From positions 198,471 to 262,470 of the IMG/VR virus record IMGVR_UViG_3300005259_000074: DNA of 64,000 nucleotides; one strand, 5' to 3'. The notes below the pieces were generated by a model that was not told where the DNA came from, did no database searches, and saw only the letters and a program-made list of their open reading frames with translations. Position 1 is the stretch's first letter. Each line of letters begins with the position of its first letter. Below, in pieces: positions 37,545 through 47,118 of this stretch. Both the position numbers and the translations under genes were made by a program. The stretch is from a virus. Its lineage: Duplodnaviria; Caudoviricetes.

Positions 37545-38064
37545 TTACTTCATCAGCAGCGCAAAGCAATCGGACTATCTCCTCTTGTGTACACGGCACG
37601 AGCGACGTAGTCGGATTATCAGTACCTATTGGAGCGTCTAGAGAACCCATAGATATCTTAGTCTTTATGATTTCCATGCGGTTCTTTTGTTTTAGATTTT
37701 CGAGTTCAATCTGCTGCTTGTGACGAAGGTGTTGCGAGTGGAGTTTGGTGAACTGTCCCACGGTCTCTTTAACTGCGGAGAGCACTGACGCAGCTCCGGC
37801 AAGGATGCCTTCTCCGTTTGGGTCTGCTTCCACTGCGTATTCTGCTGCCCTGAGGATTTTATTGCCAGATTCGACGAGTTTCGCCATCTCAGAGTATATC
37901 TTTTCAGCGTCCGCGATCACTTCTCCTGAAGAGTCAGCAGATACTGCGTTATTGCATCCGGAATCCGGAGTGGAGTTCATTGACTGATTGACTTCAGCGA
38001 CGTTCTTAGTGACATCTCCGAGTATCTCATTTAAGTCGTGTGGGTCAAAACTAGTGTTTCCCAT
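37522..38064 (-). CDS. Putative terminase small subunit (gp16-like)
   Basis: Helical IYSEMAKLVESGNKIL..AASVLSAVKETVGQFTKLH and terminal PCTQEEIVRLL resemble T4-like gp16. Confidence 0.5.
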   Translation of the reverse strand: MGNTSFDPHDLNEILGDVTKNVAEVNQSMNSTPDSGCNNAVSADSSGEVIADAEKIYSEMAKLVESGNKILRAAEYAVEADPNGEGILAGAASVLSAVKETVGQFTKLHSQHLRHKQQIELENLKQKNRMEIIKTKISMGSLDAPIGTDNPTTSLVPCTQEEIVRLLCAADEVNADKEEE

Positions 38065-38092
38065 GAGAATGACCTATTGACTGTAACTTAAC

Positions 38093-38117
38093 AAAAACAG
38101 GGGATCCGAAGATCCCC
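38093..38117 (-). terminator. Intrinsic terminator with UUCG loop
   Basis: GGGGATC-TTCG-GATCCCC-TGTTTTT. Confidence 0.85.
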
Positions 38118-38131
38118 GTGTAGTAGTTGAC

Positions 38132-38536
38132 TCAGTACTTCTTAAATGCAGGCGGTGTAGTCGTCGCATCCTTTTGAGACACAGTTGTTTGAGTCCCCGG
38201 TTGGACATCGGTCTTCGAGAAGCCGCCAGCTTTATAAAGAGCGCTGATCTTCTCGACTTCGATCTTCTGTTCGGGTGTGATGAAGCCGTTCTTTTTGACA
38301 TAGTCTCTGATGCTAGAGAGGAAATCTTTGTGTTTCTTCTCAGTCGCGGCTTTTTCAGCCCTGTCGATGCAGCCAACGATGTCATCGCACGAGATGTTCT
38401 CGTTGAGGATGTTGGAGTATGCCTTCATCGTCCCAGTGAACTTCTGGTCTTTGATCTTTCCAGCGTTGTCGCCCTTGGGATCGACGCACTCTACAACTTT
38501 TTTGTAGGCGTCAGTGAATGTCTTCTTGATCATCAT
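38132..38536 (-). CDS. Late protein with capsid-targeting-like N-terminus
   Basis: MMIKKTFTDAYKKVVE; late TAAATA 38576-38581; own terminator. Confidence 0.65.
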   Translation of the reverse strand: MMIKKTFTDAYKKVVECVDPKGDNAGKIKDQKFTGTMKAYSNILNENISCDDIVGCIDRAEKAATEKKHKDFLSSIRDYVKKNGFITPEQKIEVEKISALYKAGGFSKTDVQPGTQTTVSQKDATTTPPAFKKY

Positions 38537-38660
38537 GATGTCTCCTAATTATGTGCGGCAGCTGTCCGCATCAATTATTTACACTTCTAATGTGTCTTAT
38601 GATGTCTCTCGTGGTATTCTAAAAGAGATTAAATAGACTTCCATATGATCTTGAAGAGGA

Positions 38661-38936
38661 GTGACTATGAAACTAGAAGACATCCTGTCCGAGCTGAGGT
38701 TGGGAAATGATGTGCCTTATGAGGATAAAATCAGGATAGCTGCATTTTACTCGTCTCTGTTAAAAAAACACATGTTGGGAAGTGTCGCTCATATCGATCA
38801 CGGTTGTTTCACACCAGGTCATGTCATTTCTAATCCTCAAGATGCTCTCGATATAGTGCAGTACTTCGTCGACCAGAAAATATTCGTTAAATATGATGAA
38901 TCTATCATCGCCCATTATAATGGAGACAGACGTTGA
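38661..38936 (+). CDS. Hypothetical protein
   Basis: 91 aa with GAGGAG RBS. Confidence 0.6.
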   Translation: MTMKLEDILSELRLGNDVPYEDKIRIAAFYSSLLKKHMLGSVAHIDHGCFTPGHVISNPQDALDIVQYFVDQKIFVKYDESIIAHYNGDRR

Positions 38937-39805
38937 ACTATCCATATGTGCTGGTCGATTCTTCTTATGTGACATATTTTGTCGCGAGTTCGGTGTTTTC
39001 GTGGTACAAACGAGAATTTGGAACCCCGACAATTAAGCCGTGGGATCCATCTTCTGATGACGAATATGTCAAAGTCTTTGACAAGCAATTCCTCTATAAG
39101 ATCATCCGTGCTATAAACAAAGAGTGTCCTCTTCTTGATAGATCGAGAATAGTTTTCGCAGTTGATTGCCCGAAGAGCACCATTTGGCGAAATGACTTTC
39201 ATCAGCAGTATAAGATCAGGCGTAAAGAAGCTAAAAAAGAAGATCGTGAAATAGATTATGGCAAGATGTTTACGCGCGTTAGAGATGTGTTGTTACCGTC
39301 TCTAGCAGAAGAATTTGGTTGTAAAGTCATCGGTAATCAACATGCAGAAGGTGACGATGTTTTGGCTATCTTAGCCAAACATCTTACCGATAGATCTGAA
39401 GACGTAGTGATAGTGACGTGCGACAATGATCTTCTGCAAGTCGGTCTAACCGTAATAGACTTGATGGGAAAGAAGAAAGACCTCAACGAGATAATGAGGC
39501 GGAAGTACAATTTCGATAAAGATTTTGAGTGGACAACAGCTAAGTTTAAGTTGTTGAAAGCGTTGATGGGGGACGGAGGCGATGACGTCCCGGCGATAAC
39601 TAAGGGAATGGGTCCGAAGACCGCTTTTAAGTATGTCAAAGATTTGAATCTCCTCAGAGAGCTCCTGTCAAGCTCTAAGGAGTTGAAGGACGCTTTTGAT
39701 AGAAATGTAATGCTCACTGATCTTAATGCTATTCCCCAGACTATCACCGAAGACGTGCTAGACAAGTGGAAGAAGTTGAACTCAAATCCGTTCAGCGAAC
39801 TATGA
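38933..39805 (+). CDS. rnh: T4 RNase H-like 5'-3' exonuclease (FEN family)
   Basis: LVDSS, AVDC..WR, YK..R, AEGDDV, DNDLLQ, LMGDGGDDVP. Confidence 0.92.
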   Translation: MNYPYVLVDSSYVTYFVASSVFSWYKREFGTPTIKPWDPSSDDEYVKVFDKQFLYKIIRAINKECPLLDRSRIVFAVDCPKSTIWRNDFHQQYKIRRKEAKKEDREIDYGKMFTRVRDVLLPSLAEEFGCKVIGNQHAEGDDVLAILAKHLTDRSEDVVIVTCDNDLLQVGLTVIDLMGKKKDLNEIMRRKYNFDKDFEWTTAKFKLLKALMGDGGDDVPAITKGMGPKTAFKYVKDLNLLRELLSSSKELKDAFDRNVMLTDLNAIPQTITEDVLDKWKKLNSNPFSEL

Positions 39806-40032
39806 ATGACATGTGGTCTCCAAAAGACAGTAAAGATTTCAACGGAGTCGTTGGAACTTGCGGCGATTGCGGTTCAGAAGTTCTAGATTTCTGCTGCAAT
39901 GATGATCTCGTGAAACACAGGGTAGGCGCTGAAGAATGGGATTGGTGGGTGATGTGCTCCAATCCAAAGTGCAAGAAATACTACGGTGAAGGTGTGTTTC
40001 AATATGATGTAGAGTGGATGAAAAGATCTTAA
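39802..40032 (+). CDS. Small Zn-ribbon protein
   Basis: CGDCG...CSNPKC. Confidence 0.55.
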   Translation: MNDMWSPKDSKDFNGVVGTCGDCGSEVLDFCCNDDLVKHRVGAEEWDWWVMCSNPKCKKYYGEGVFQYDVEWMKRS

Positions 40033-40049
40033 GAAAGAAGAATTGGACG

Positions 40050-40589
40050 ATGGCAAACCGAAATAAAGCTAAAGGTAAGAGCTACGAGAGAGAAGTTGCA
40101 GATGTGTTCGAAGAGGCGTACGGACTCACTTTTCAGCGAGTGCCTAACAGTGGGGCTTTCTTAGGTGGCGCTAACGCTTTCAGACTAGATAAGTTGTCGA
40201 CTAACCAAGTGCAGATGTTCAAAGGAGACATTATTCCTCCAGATGAGATACCGTGGTTGACTGTAGAGTGTAAGGCGCGGAAGACATTTCCTTATCAACA
40301 GCTATTCGATGGGTGTAAGGAGCTTGATTCTTGGATACAACAGGTCAAGATAGACTGGGATGCATTGAACAGAAAAGGTCTGTTCTTCGTGGTGTTTAAA
40401 CCTAACCGCCATGGTCAATATATCGTTTCGAGAAAAGACTTTGGTCTTCATATAAAGGGGAATTTTTTGACTTACTTAGTAGGAGATGAAGTGTATTCTA
40501 TCTCTAGATTTGATAAAGAATTCCTACTACTTAACAAAGATCTCATATTTTCAATGTGTGGAAAAGAACCAAAGATCTGGGAGAAATGA
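40050..40589 (+). CDS. PD-(D/E)xK Holliday junction resolvase (Hjc-like)
   Basis: KAKGKSYEREVA, RVPNSGA, GDII, VECK. Confidence 0.85.
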   Translation: MANRNKAKGKSYEREVADVFEEAYGLTFQRVPNSGAFLGGANAFRLDKLSTNQVQMFKGDIIPPDEIPWLTVECKARKTFPYQQLFDGCKELDSWIQQVKIDWDALNRKGLFFVVFKPNRHGQYIVSRKDFGLHIKGNFLTYLVGDEVYSISRFDKEFLLLNKDLIFSMCGKEPKIWEK

Positions 40590-40930
40590 TGGAGAAGAAG
40601 GACTACTACGTCGTGAAGTATGAAGGTAATTATGGCGACGAGTTCGATATATCGGGTTTCTTCGTAGTGCTCTTCTCTAATAAAGAACTCAAAGATGCAA
40701 ATGACCGCATTAAGACAGCAGAAGGCGAAGAACTGTATTTTGGCACCAATGAATTCGTTGAGTTCAATCCCAAAGCAGTAGTATTCAAGAAGATAACAAA
40801 CAGCGAGTACAAGAGCCTCGTCAAAATATTTGGAAAGTACGGCGATGACATCAAAGGTGTGTCTATCGGTGTCATCCCAGGTGACTTAGAAGACATCATC
40901 AATGGAACGCGCGAGGATGAAGAAATATGA
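40586..40930 (+). CDS. Hypothetical protein
   Basis: ATGA overlap; acidic 114 aa. Confidence 0.6.
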   Translation: MMEKKDYYVVKYEGNYGDEFDISGFFVVLFSNKELKDANDRIKTAEGEELYFGTNEFVEFNPKAVVFKKITNSEYKSLVKIFGKYGDDIKGVSIGVIPGDLEDIINGTREDEEI

Positions 40931-41505
40931 AGAACGGGTATGTAGCTATAAACTACGTCGATCTTGTCAGCAATGCCTGTTTGAAGATCCTCGACAATTT
41001 CGAGTGTGTGAAGAGCGATCGCAGCGGATTGCTGTTCTTGGATTTTCGCTCTCGTGACAAGAGAGAAGCTCTTGGAGCCTTCCTCAGAGATGGCATCAGA
41101 GCTGATTCGATGTTGGGATATAAGACGGTCGTCTACGGGACGTGCGACGTAGAGAAGAATTGGCGCGTCGAATTGGGGAGTGCGGGAGATAATTTCAGCA
41201 AGAAGTACTCGGTGTCTGACAGCGGCGTATTTGCAGACGAGAATTTGCTCAGGATTATCTTCGACATAGAGTTCTCCAAGTTGAAGCGGGAGATGCGTGA
41301 TGTGTCGTTCGTAGATCACCATGAAGTAGACTCCATAGATATGAAATTTATACTGAAAAAGCTCTTAGGCGTAGACTGCAAAATGACAAACACAGACGCA
41401 TACATCATACGTGACGGAAATGAGTGCTACTCTAGGATAGATGATGTGAGGTCTTATTTAATTTGCGATCTTGAGATAGAATTGATGAAGGCTAAGGTTC
41501 TCTAA
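40927..41505 (+). CDS. Hypothetical protein
   Basis: 192 aa ORF in operon. Confidence 0.65.
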   Translation: MKNGYVAINYVDLVSNACLKILDNFECVKSDRSGLLFLDFRSRDKREALGAFLRDGIRADSMLGYKTVVYGTCDVEKNWRVELGSAGDNFSKKYSVSDSGVFADENLLRIIFDIEFSKLKREMRDVSFVDHHEVDSIDMKFILKKLLGVDCKMTNTDAYIIRDGNECYSRIDDVRSYLICDLEIELMKAKVL

Positions 41506-41538
41506 TACACAAACTGCATTACGAAAAGGAAGATCAAA

Positions 41539-41982
41539 ATGATCTGCAAGACGGGTAAACTGTTCACGAGCATCCTCCAGAAGGGCGAAATAGTCTTTGA
41601 CGAGACCGAAATAACAGCGGTCAATCAGAAACATTTTTTGTTGTCTCTTCACACTATGAATGGAGTCTTCGATTTTACTCCAGTAGACACAGTGAATGAA
41701 GAAGATGTGACTAATCAACCTGTTGTTAAGTTCGTTGCAGAAGCACCAAATGGTAAGACGTACACACTAATGATGGATTCGGAGCAGAGGGTGTTCTCGT
41801 TTTCTCGTGGTTATGTTGAAGCGGGGAGGTTAAACTCCTACGATGTTCTCTGCGACGTCTCCGGAATGAAGTGCAAAGTGTCTTCTAAAGAGCGCACTAG
41901 CTACACAGGAAAGGTCATCTCGATAAAGACTAAGTTCCACAACAATTACTTCTTCAATGGGATTTTAGTGAGGTCTGCGTGA
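41539..41982 (+). CDS. Stand-alone Hint (intein-like) domain protein
   Basis: N-term MIC; block-B-like TLMMDSEQRVF; GYVEAGRL..DVL; block F/G-like KVISIKT..NNYFFNGILVRSA. Confidence 0.7.
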   Translation: MICKTGKLFTSILQKGEIVFDETEITAVNQKHFLLSLHTMNGVFDFTPVDTVNEEDVTNQPVVKFVAEAPNGKTYTLMMDSEQRVFSFSRGYVEAGRLNSYDVLCDVSGMKCKVSSKERTSYTGKVISIKTKFHNNYFFNGILVRSA

Positions 41983-42767
41983 GATTTCTGTTAGTATCGT
42001 GTAACTACAACGCATGGCCACATGTGGAGTCTTCTATCACCGCATCGTTAGTCGCTAAGACCGAGTACGAGGCTAGCGGTCTAGGGAGTGTTGAAGTAGT
42101 TTATAGAGATAATGGTTCTGTAGACCAGAGTCGTTCTTTCATTGAAGCATCTTCGACGTCGGGTATTCATTCGATACTAGGAGCTAACGTCGGTAAAGCA
42201 AGAGGCGTCAACGAAATAGTTAAGTCTCGAGATGGATCATTCGACGTAGTAGTGTCTTTAGATTCAGATATGAAGATCGATGATCCTAGTAAGTTCTTTT
42301 TTGACATGGATAAAACATTCCACATATTCAAAGACAAGGTGTCTGCTATAGTAGGTTGGCAGACTGGCAACAGCCTGTTCAAGCGGAAATTCGTGTGGAA
42401 TGACACCAAGTATGGATTATCGTACTTTGCTCCGAAAGAGGGTTATGGATGTGGGATTGCTGGAGGTTGTATAGCAGTATCAGCGGATGATTGGAAAGCC
42501 GTCGGAGGATATGAAGATCGCGGGATATATGGCTCTAACGACGGAAGTATCATGTTGAGACTGTATAGGCACACGAATAGGCCGGTGTGTGTGATAAGAC
42601 AGCTTTCAGCGTTCCATCCACCAGAGAAAGACCCTGAATACGGAAAGTGGAAAGAAGAAAGACAACAAGAACAGTTGAAGTACGGGAAGTGCATGTCTTC
42701 TGTCGGCTTCTACGACAACCAAGAGGAGGACTCGGGACATGCCGATATTCAAAGTCAAAGACGCTGA
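41979..42767 (+). CDS. GT2-family glycosyltransferase
   Basis: VYRDNGSVD, NVGKARGVN, LDSDM, VGGY..YGSND. Confidence 0.88.
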   Translation: MRFLLVSCNYNAWPHVESSITASLVAKTEYEASGLGSVEVVYRDNGSVDQSRSFIEASSTSGIHSILGANVGKARGVNEIVKSRDGSFDVVVSLDSDMKIDDPSKFFFDMDKTFHIFKDKVSAIVGWQTGNSLFKRKFVWNDTKYGLSYFAPKEGYGCGIAGGCIAVSADDWKAVGGYEDRGIYGSNDGSIMLRLYRHTNRPVCVIRQLSAFHPPEKDPEYGKWKEERQQEQLKYGKCMSSVGFYDNQEEDSGHADIQSQRR

Positions 42768-43179
42768 CGGAAAGATAACGTCTATAATAGGGGAGTCCGC
42801 TGCCCAAGTAGTAGACCTCAACAAGAAGATGGGTATAACTGTAGAAATAGTCGAAGAAGTCCCGGTCGCGACATTCGATAAATCGCACGCGCAGCGAGGA
42901 GAGTTGGGTGGATTTCTGCCCGATTTACCTCCTCCTCCTCCTCCTCCTCCTCCTCCTCCTGTCTTCTTTTCTGAAGCTGGCATAGATTTTAAGCTAGCTG
43001 GTGGAAAATTGTTCAAAGCGACGTGGGTCGATGTAGATACTCTGAAAGACCAGGATTCAGCGGATTACCGCATTGAGTTCGAAGATGATGACATCGATCA
43101 GAGTAAAGTCCACCTTATGAAGAAGACATGGGTAGAAATTCAATCAGTCAGAACTACGAATGAAAAGACATTTAAATGA
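42739..43179 (+). CDS. Hypothetical two-domain protein with poly-Pro11 linker
   Basis: LPDL-P11-VFF. Confidence 0.7.
   Translation: MPIFKVKDADGKITSIIGESAAQVVDLNKKMGITVEIVEEVPVATFDKSHAQRGELGGFLPDLPPPPPPPPPPPVFFSEAGIDFKLAGGKLFKATWVDVDTLKDQDSADYRIEFEDDDIDQSKVHLMKKTWVEIQSVRTTNEKTFK
42928..42960 (+). repeat. (CCT)11 perfect trinucleotide microsatellite
   Basis: 33 nt of pure CCT in frame, encoding 11 Pro. Confidence 0.97.
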
Positions 43180-43952
43180 AAAGAGTCGTCATAGTTGTTC
43201 CGGCTTGGAATTTAGGGTTAAATGTCATGCAGATATTCTGCGACAGGAATCTTCCACAGTTCGATGATAAGACTGCTGTTCTCTTTGTGACGGAAAGGAC
43301 GTTCGACGCAAAAGAGCTGAAACGAAATGCATGGGTGTTGAACTATCCCAAAGACCAGTTGGTGTTCTCCATCCCAAAGACGGTCAACTTTGGGATAAGA
43401 ACTGCAGTCGAAGGCGAACCTGACTCCATTGTGGTGAAGACAGACGCCGACATCATATTTTCAAAGAGATCGATATCAAAGCTAAGAGATGAAGTCAAAG
43501 AACATCACGGTTTAGTGCAACTGTGTTCCGACGTCACTCAGTCTAACGGCGTCGTCTCTTGCAACAAGCCGTGGGCTGCAATGCCCAAGCGTAAAGATGG
43601 ATTTGGTGCGTGTCTAGCACTTCATGCTAGCGATTGGAGAGAGTTGAACGGCTACGATGAACGCATAGTAGGATGGGGAGGTGATGACTGGGAGATGTTC
43701 CTTCGCGCTAGTAAGAACGTAGAAATGAAAGTTTCGTCTGATTTCCCAGTCTACCACGTAGCGCACAAGTCTCGCAAAGGATGTCCTTCGTTTCCAATAA
43801 TGAGCGAGGAGAATAAGCTTCACGTAGAGCGGTGCAAAGCCGACTGGAAGAATGACGAGTGGGGCACAGCTGCTGACATTCAGACAGTAGTAAAGGAAAC
43901 TAACCTAAGTTTCAATGTGGTGAGCTACTCTAAGTGGTCTGAAAAGTTCTAG
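43176..43952 (+). CDS. GT-A glycosyltransferase (GT2/GT7-C-like)
   Basis: KTVNFGI, KTDADII, LNGYDERIVGWGGDD, VYHVAH. Confidence 0.88.
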   Translation: MKRVVIVVPAWNLGLNVMQIFCDRNLPQFDDKTAVLFVTERTFDAKELKRNAWVLNYPKDQLVFSIPKTVNFGIRTAVEGEPDSIVVKTDADIIFSKRSISKLRDEVKEHHGLVQLCSDVTQSNGVVSCNKPWAAMPKRKDGFGACLALHASDWRELNGYDERIVGWGGDDWEMFLRASKNVEMKVSSDFPVYHVAHKSRKGCPSFPIMSEENKLHVERCKADWKNDEWGTAADIQTVVKETNLSFNVVSYSKWSEKF

Positions 43953-43957
43953 AAACG

Positions 43958-43985
43958 AAAAAAGAGGGAATCATACGATTCCCTC
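43958..43985 (-). terminator. Intrinsic terminator
   Basis: GAGGGAATC-GTAT-GATTCCCTC-TTTTTT. Confidence 0.8.
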
Positions 43986-44010
43986 ATATCAGTACAGAGC
44001 TTACTTATGT

Positions 44011-44385
44011 TCAGCCCGGGGACTGCTTGTTAGGCTCTGATTTGAGCTGCTCTTTGCCTTTGTATTCCGGCTGATCCTTCGGAAGAGCACGGTCTTTGTC
44101 GTTGTCTCCGAGAGACTTGACATCCTCAGCATTGCCCTTGCCGTCATCTACGACGACGCTCTTGACACCCTTCTCAGCGTACTCTGTAGGGATATTAGCT
44201 TTTCCTTCAGCTACTGCGACGTTAGACAGCTTAGTACCGTCATTGAAGGTAATCGTCACTGTTCCACTGTGTTTTAGATCGGCCGGGATTGCGACTTCAG
44301 TTTTCGAGCCGCTCTCGAGGCTTCCCTCGTCTATGGCCTCGCCAGCCATGATTGACTCGAAGATAGCGTCGAATTTCTTAGTCAT
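44011..44385 (-). CDS. Late protein with capsid-targeting-like N-terminus
   Basis: MTKKFDAIFESIMAGEAIDE; late TAAATA 44425-44430. Confidence 0.65.
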   Translation of the reverse strand: MTKKFDAIFESIMAGEAIDEGSLESGSKTEVAIPADLKHSGTVTITFNDGTKLSNVAVAEGKANIPTEYAEKGVKSVVVDDGKGNAEDVKSLGDNDKDRALPKDQPEYKGKEQLKSEPNKQSPG

Positions 44386-44471
44386 TGTGAATGCCCTTTC
44401 ATTTCAATTGAACTCATTCATGTCTATTTACACATCTTCTTATCAAATTGTTGTTGTGGTTTCTTCAACCA

Positions 44472-44479
44472 TATAAATA
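44472..44479 (+). promoter_or_regulatory. T4 late promoter consensus
   Basis: Exact TATAAATA upstream of the gp13-gp17 operon. Confidence 0.7.
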
Positions 44480-44482
44480 AGA

Positions 44483-45256
44483 GTGATAAAATGCATCTAC
44501 AAGAGGATCAATATGTCCACATACTTAAATTTCGCTATCCAGACAAAAGAAGAGATGAAGCAGTGGATCCTCACTATGTTGGGAGATCCTCTAATAACCG
44601 TTGAGCTGTCTGATGGACAGCTAGACGTGTGCATAGACAACTCCGTAGAAGAGTACACCAAATGGGTCGTCCAGGAGCAAGATTATTACGCGTTTGATTT
44701 ATCGACGTATGATGGAGTGTCGGGTTCTCTCCTTCCAACTAACATTCAGGGGATATTCAGCTTGCAAGACGACAACGGCATGGCGAAGGGTGGTATAAAC
44801 ACGCTGTTCTCCATTCCCAACACGATGTTCAACGCCGGAATGATCCCGAATTTCTCCGGCGGAGGAGGTTGGGTTGACTACCACAACGCGATGGCCAGCA
44901 TAAAGTTCGTCAACTACATGATGGGTAAGGGTTTCCAGTTCGAGTTCAACGTCAGGACTCACCGGTTAAAGCTATTTCCAGACCCCGTGAAGGAGACTAT
45001 ACAGGGGTGGATCGTCTTAGGCACGTACGTCATTCGGCCAGAGCAGCAGCAGTACGGTGAGAGCTGGTGCAAGAGGTACGCTCTAGCTAACGCGAAGTAC
45101 ATGCTCGGCATGGTCCGAGGGAAATTCTCAGGTGTGCAGCTGATAGGTGGAGGCATGGTCGACGCCTCAGTCAAAGAAGAAGGTCTGAATGAGATGAAAG
45201 AGCTGAGGGAAGAGCTCCGCGCGGAGAACCCAGCCACCGGATTCTTCGTGGGTTGA
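44483..45256 (+). CDS. gp13: Neck protein gp13-like
   Basis: ILTMLGDPLITVEL..QLD.CID, WCKRYALA..K...G.VRGKFSGVQL.GG, EELR..P..FFVG. Confidence 0.88.
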   Translation: MIKCIYKRINMSTYLNFAIQTKEEMKQWILTMLGDPLITVELSDGQLDVCIDNSVEEYTKWVVQEQDYYAFDLSTYDGVSGSLLPTNIQGIFSLQDDNGMAKGGINTLFSIPNTMFNAGMIPNFSGGGGWVDYHNAMASIKFVNYMMGKGFQFEFNVRTHRLKLFPDPVKETIQGWIVLGTYVIRPEQQQYGESWCKRYALANAKYMLGMVRGKFSGVQLIGGGMVDASVKEEGLNEMKELREELRAENPATGFFVG

Positions 45257-47118
45257 ACTGGAGAACTATGCTGAAGAAGAAAAAAATGGAACCCACTGTT
45301 GCGGTGTTCATGAACAATGAGCAGCTCAAAGCTGCTAACGCTACGGAGTACGTCACACCAGACGAACTGAAACGTAGAGTCAAAGAGATAAAGCGCTGCA
45401 GAAAAGACGTTGTGTATTTCGCAGAGAATTACGTGTACATAGTCAACCTAGACAAAGGTAAGCACATTATCAAATTGTATCCGAAACAGCGAGAACTGAT
45501 CAAGATGATGTGCAAAGAGAATCGGTTAGTCACTCTGGCTGCGAGGCAGTCGGGAAAATCTGTGTCTTATTCGATTGTTGCGCTCTGGTATGTCATGTTC
45601 AATCAAGATAAGAACATTCTGATATGCGCTAACACTGGAGCGTCTGCCTCGGAGTTCGTCGGTAAGATAAAGATGTCTTATGAGATGCTTCCAATGTGGT
45701 TGAAACCAGGCGTAGTGACTTGGAACGCTAGGACGATAAAGTTCGCTAATGGTTCTAGTATCGCGGCTTCTCCGACATCTTCAGCAGTTAGAGGCCGTTC
45801 GGCGAACTTCATTGTGTTGGATGAGGTCGCTTTCATTCCAAAAGACGTGGAAGAGGAGTTCATCCAGGGTGTGTTCCCGGTGCTGTCGTCTTCTAAGAAC
45901 ACAAAGTTGATCATGGTGTCTACCCCCAACGGCACTGGAAATTTCTTCTACGAGACTTACAACAGGGCTTCACTCGGAGTCGATGGAGAAGGGTGGAAGA
46001 ATTTTAGGATCGACTGGTGGGAAGTCCCTGGTCGAGACGACGACTGGAAGAAGAAGCAGATTGCGACATTCAACGGAGACTTAAGAAAGTTTCAACAAGA
46101 GTATGGCTGCGTGTTTCACGGTTCCACGTGTACTCTCATAGATGGTCCAAAGTTGAAAGACCTGAAAGAACGTGCTGTCGCAGACAACCAGACCCCTGAG
46201 CAAGTGCAACTATCCAAGAAGAGCGAGTGCAGGGTCAACGTGTGGGAGCGGCCTAAGCCAGGCCACGCCTACGTCATTGGAGCCGACGTCAGCGAGGGTG
46301 TCGGTGGAGACTTTTCGACTGCACTCGTGTTCGATGTGACTAGCACTGAAGACATCAGGAATGTTGCTTCTTATGGCAACAACATGGTGAGCTCTACCGA
46401 GTTCGCATTCCTCCTCAATAACTTAGGGAACTGGTACAACTCAGCGTTCATAGCGTGCGAGAGGAACGGTGTCAGTAAGTCTGCGCTGGACATGCTGAAC
46501 GACGCATTTCAGTATGACAGCATCGTCAACCTCGGCGCTAGAGGAATGAACATAGGTATAGTGTCAGGGAACACTTTGAAGACTTCAGCTTGCGTGTGGT
46601 TCAAAGATCTCTTCAACATGCCAGAGATAAAGGTGTCATTGCGAGACAAGAACCTAGTGTACGAATTGGAGTACTTCGAGAAGAAGTCATCTTCATCTGC
46701 TAAGTCTCTCTTTTGCGCTGCAAACGGAAAACACGATGACTATGCGATGGCTGCGATTTGGGGGTTATACATGGTGAATCCGTCTAACGCCGAGAACTAT
46801 TTCAACGTGTCGCAATACTTTGTGAACTCTTTTGGACTCTACATGCCTCGCAACTTGACGAACTCGGTCACCGCTGATTCTTCTTCGAGGTCTCGATCAG
46901 AAGAAACTTTTGAACAGATCTTGCGAGAAGGGGAACAGAACAGCGGGCAAGGTGACTTTGCTGAAGACATGTTCGATAAGATGAGAAAGACTGTTGGAGA
47001 CTCCGACGACAAACTTCCGGGAGAGCAGTTCGACCGCGAAGATGGATACGAAGATGGATACGAAGATGATCCATTTGGCGATGCAGACTTCATTGACAGT
47101 GACACAGGAGGTTTCTGA
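45253..47118 (+). CDS. gp17: Terminase large subunit (gp17)
   Basis: IKLYPKQ, ARQSGKS, VRGRS..VLDEVAF, STPNG, QQEYGC.F.GS, GADVSEG, HDD. Confidence 0.96.
   Translation: MNWRTMLKKKKMEPTVAVFMNNEQLKAANATEYVTPDELKRRVKEIKRCRKDVVYFAENYVYIVNLDKGKHIIKLYPKQRELIKMMCKENRLVTLAARQSGKSVSYSIVALWYVMFNQDKNILICANTGASASEFVGKIKMSYEMLPMWLKPGVVTWNARTIKFANGSSIAASPTSSAVRGRSANFIVLDEVAFIPKDVEEEFIQGVFPVLSSSKNTKLIMVSTPNGTGNFFYETYNRASLGVDGEGWKNFRIDWWEVPGRDDDWKKKQIATFNGDLRKFQQEYGCVFHGSTCTLIDGPKLKDLKERAVADNQTPEQVQLSKKSECRVNVWERPKPGHAYVIGADVSEGVGGDFSTALVFDVTSTEDIRNVASYGNNMVSSTEFAFLLNNLGNWYNSAFIACERNGVSKSALDMLNDAFQYDSIVNLGARGMNIGIVSGNTLKTSACVWFKDLFNMPEIKVSLRDKNLVYELEYFEKKSSSSAKSLFCAANGKHDDYAMAAIWGLYMVNPSNAENYFNVSQYFVNSFGLYMPRNLTNSVTADSSSRSRSEETFEQILREGEQNSGQGDFAEDMFDKMRKTVGDSDDKLPGEQFDREDGYEDGYEDDPFGDADFIDSDTGGF

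Noticed and set aside
47038-47067. GAAGATGGATAC tandem repeat in the terminase tail
   Set aside because: Only 2.5 copies, within an acidic low-complexity C-terminus (EDGYEDGYED)
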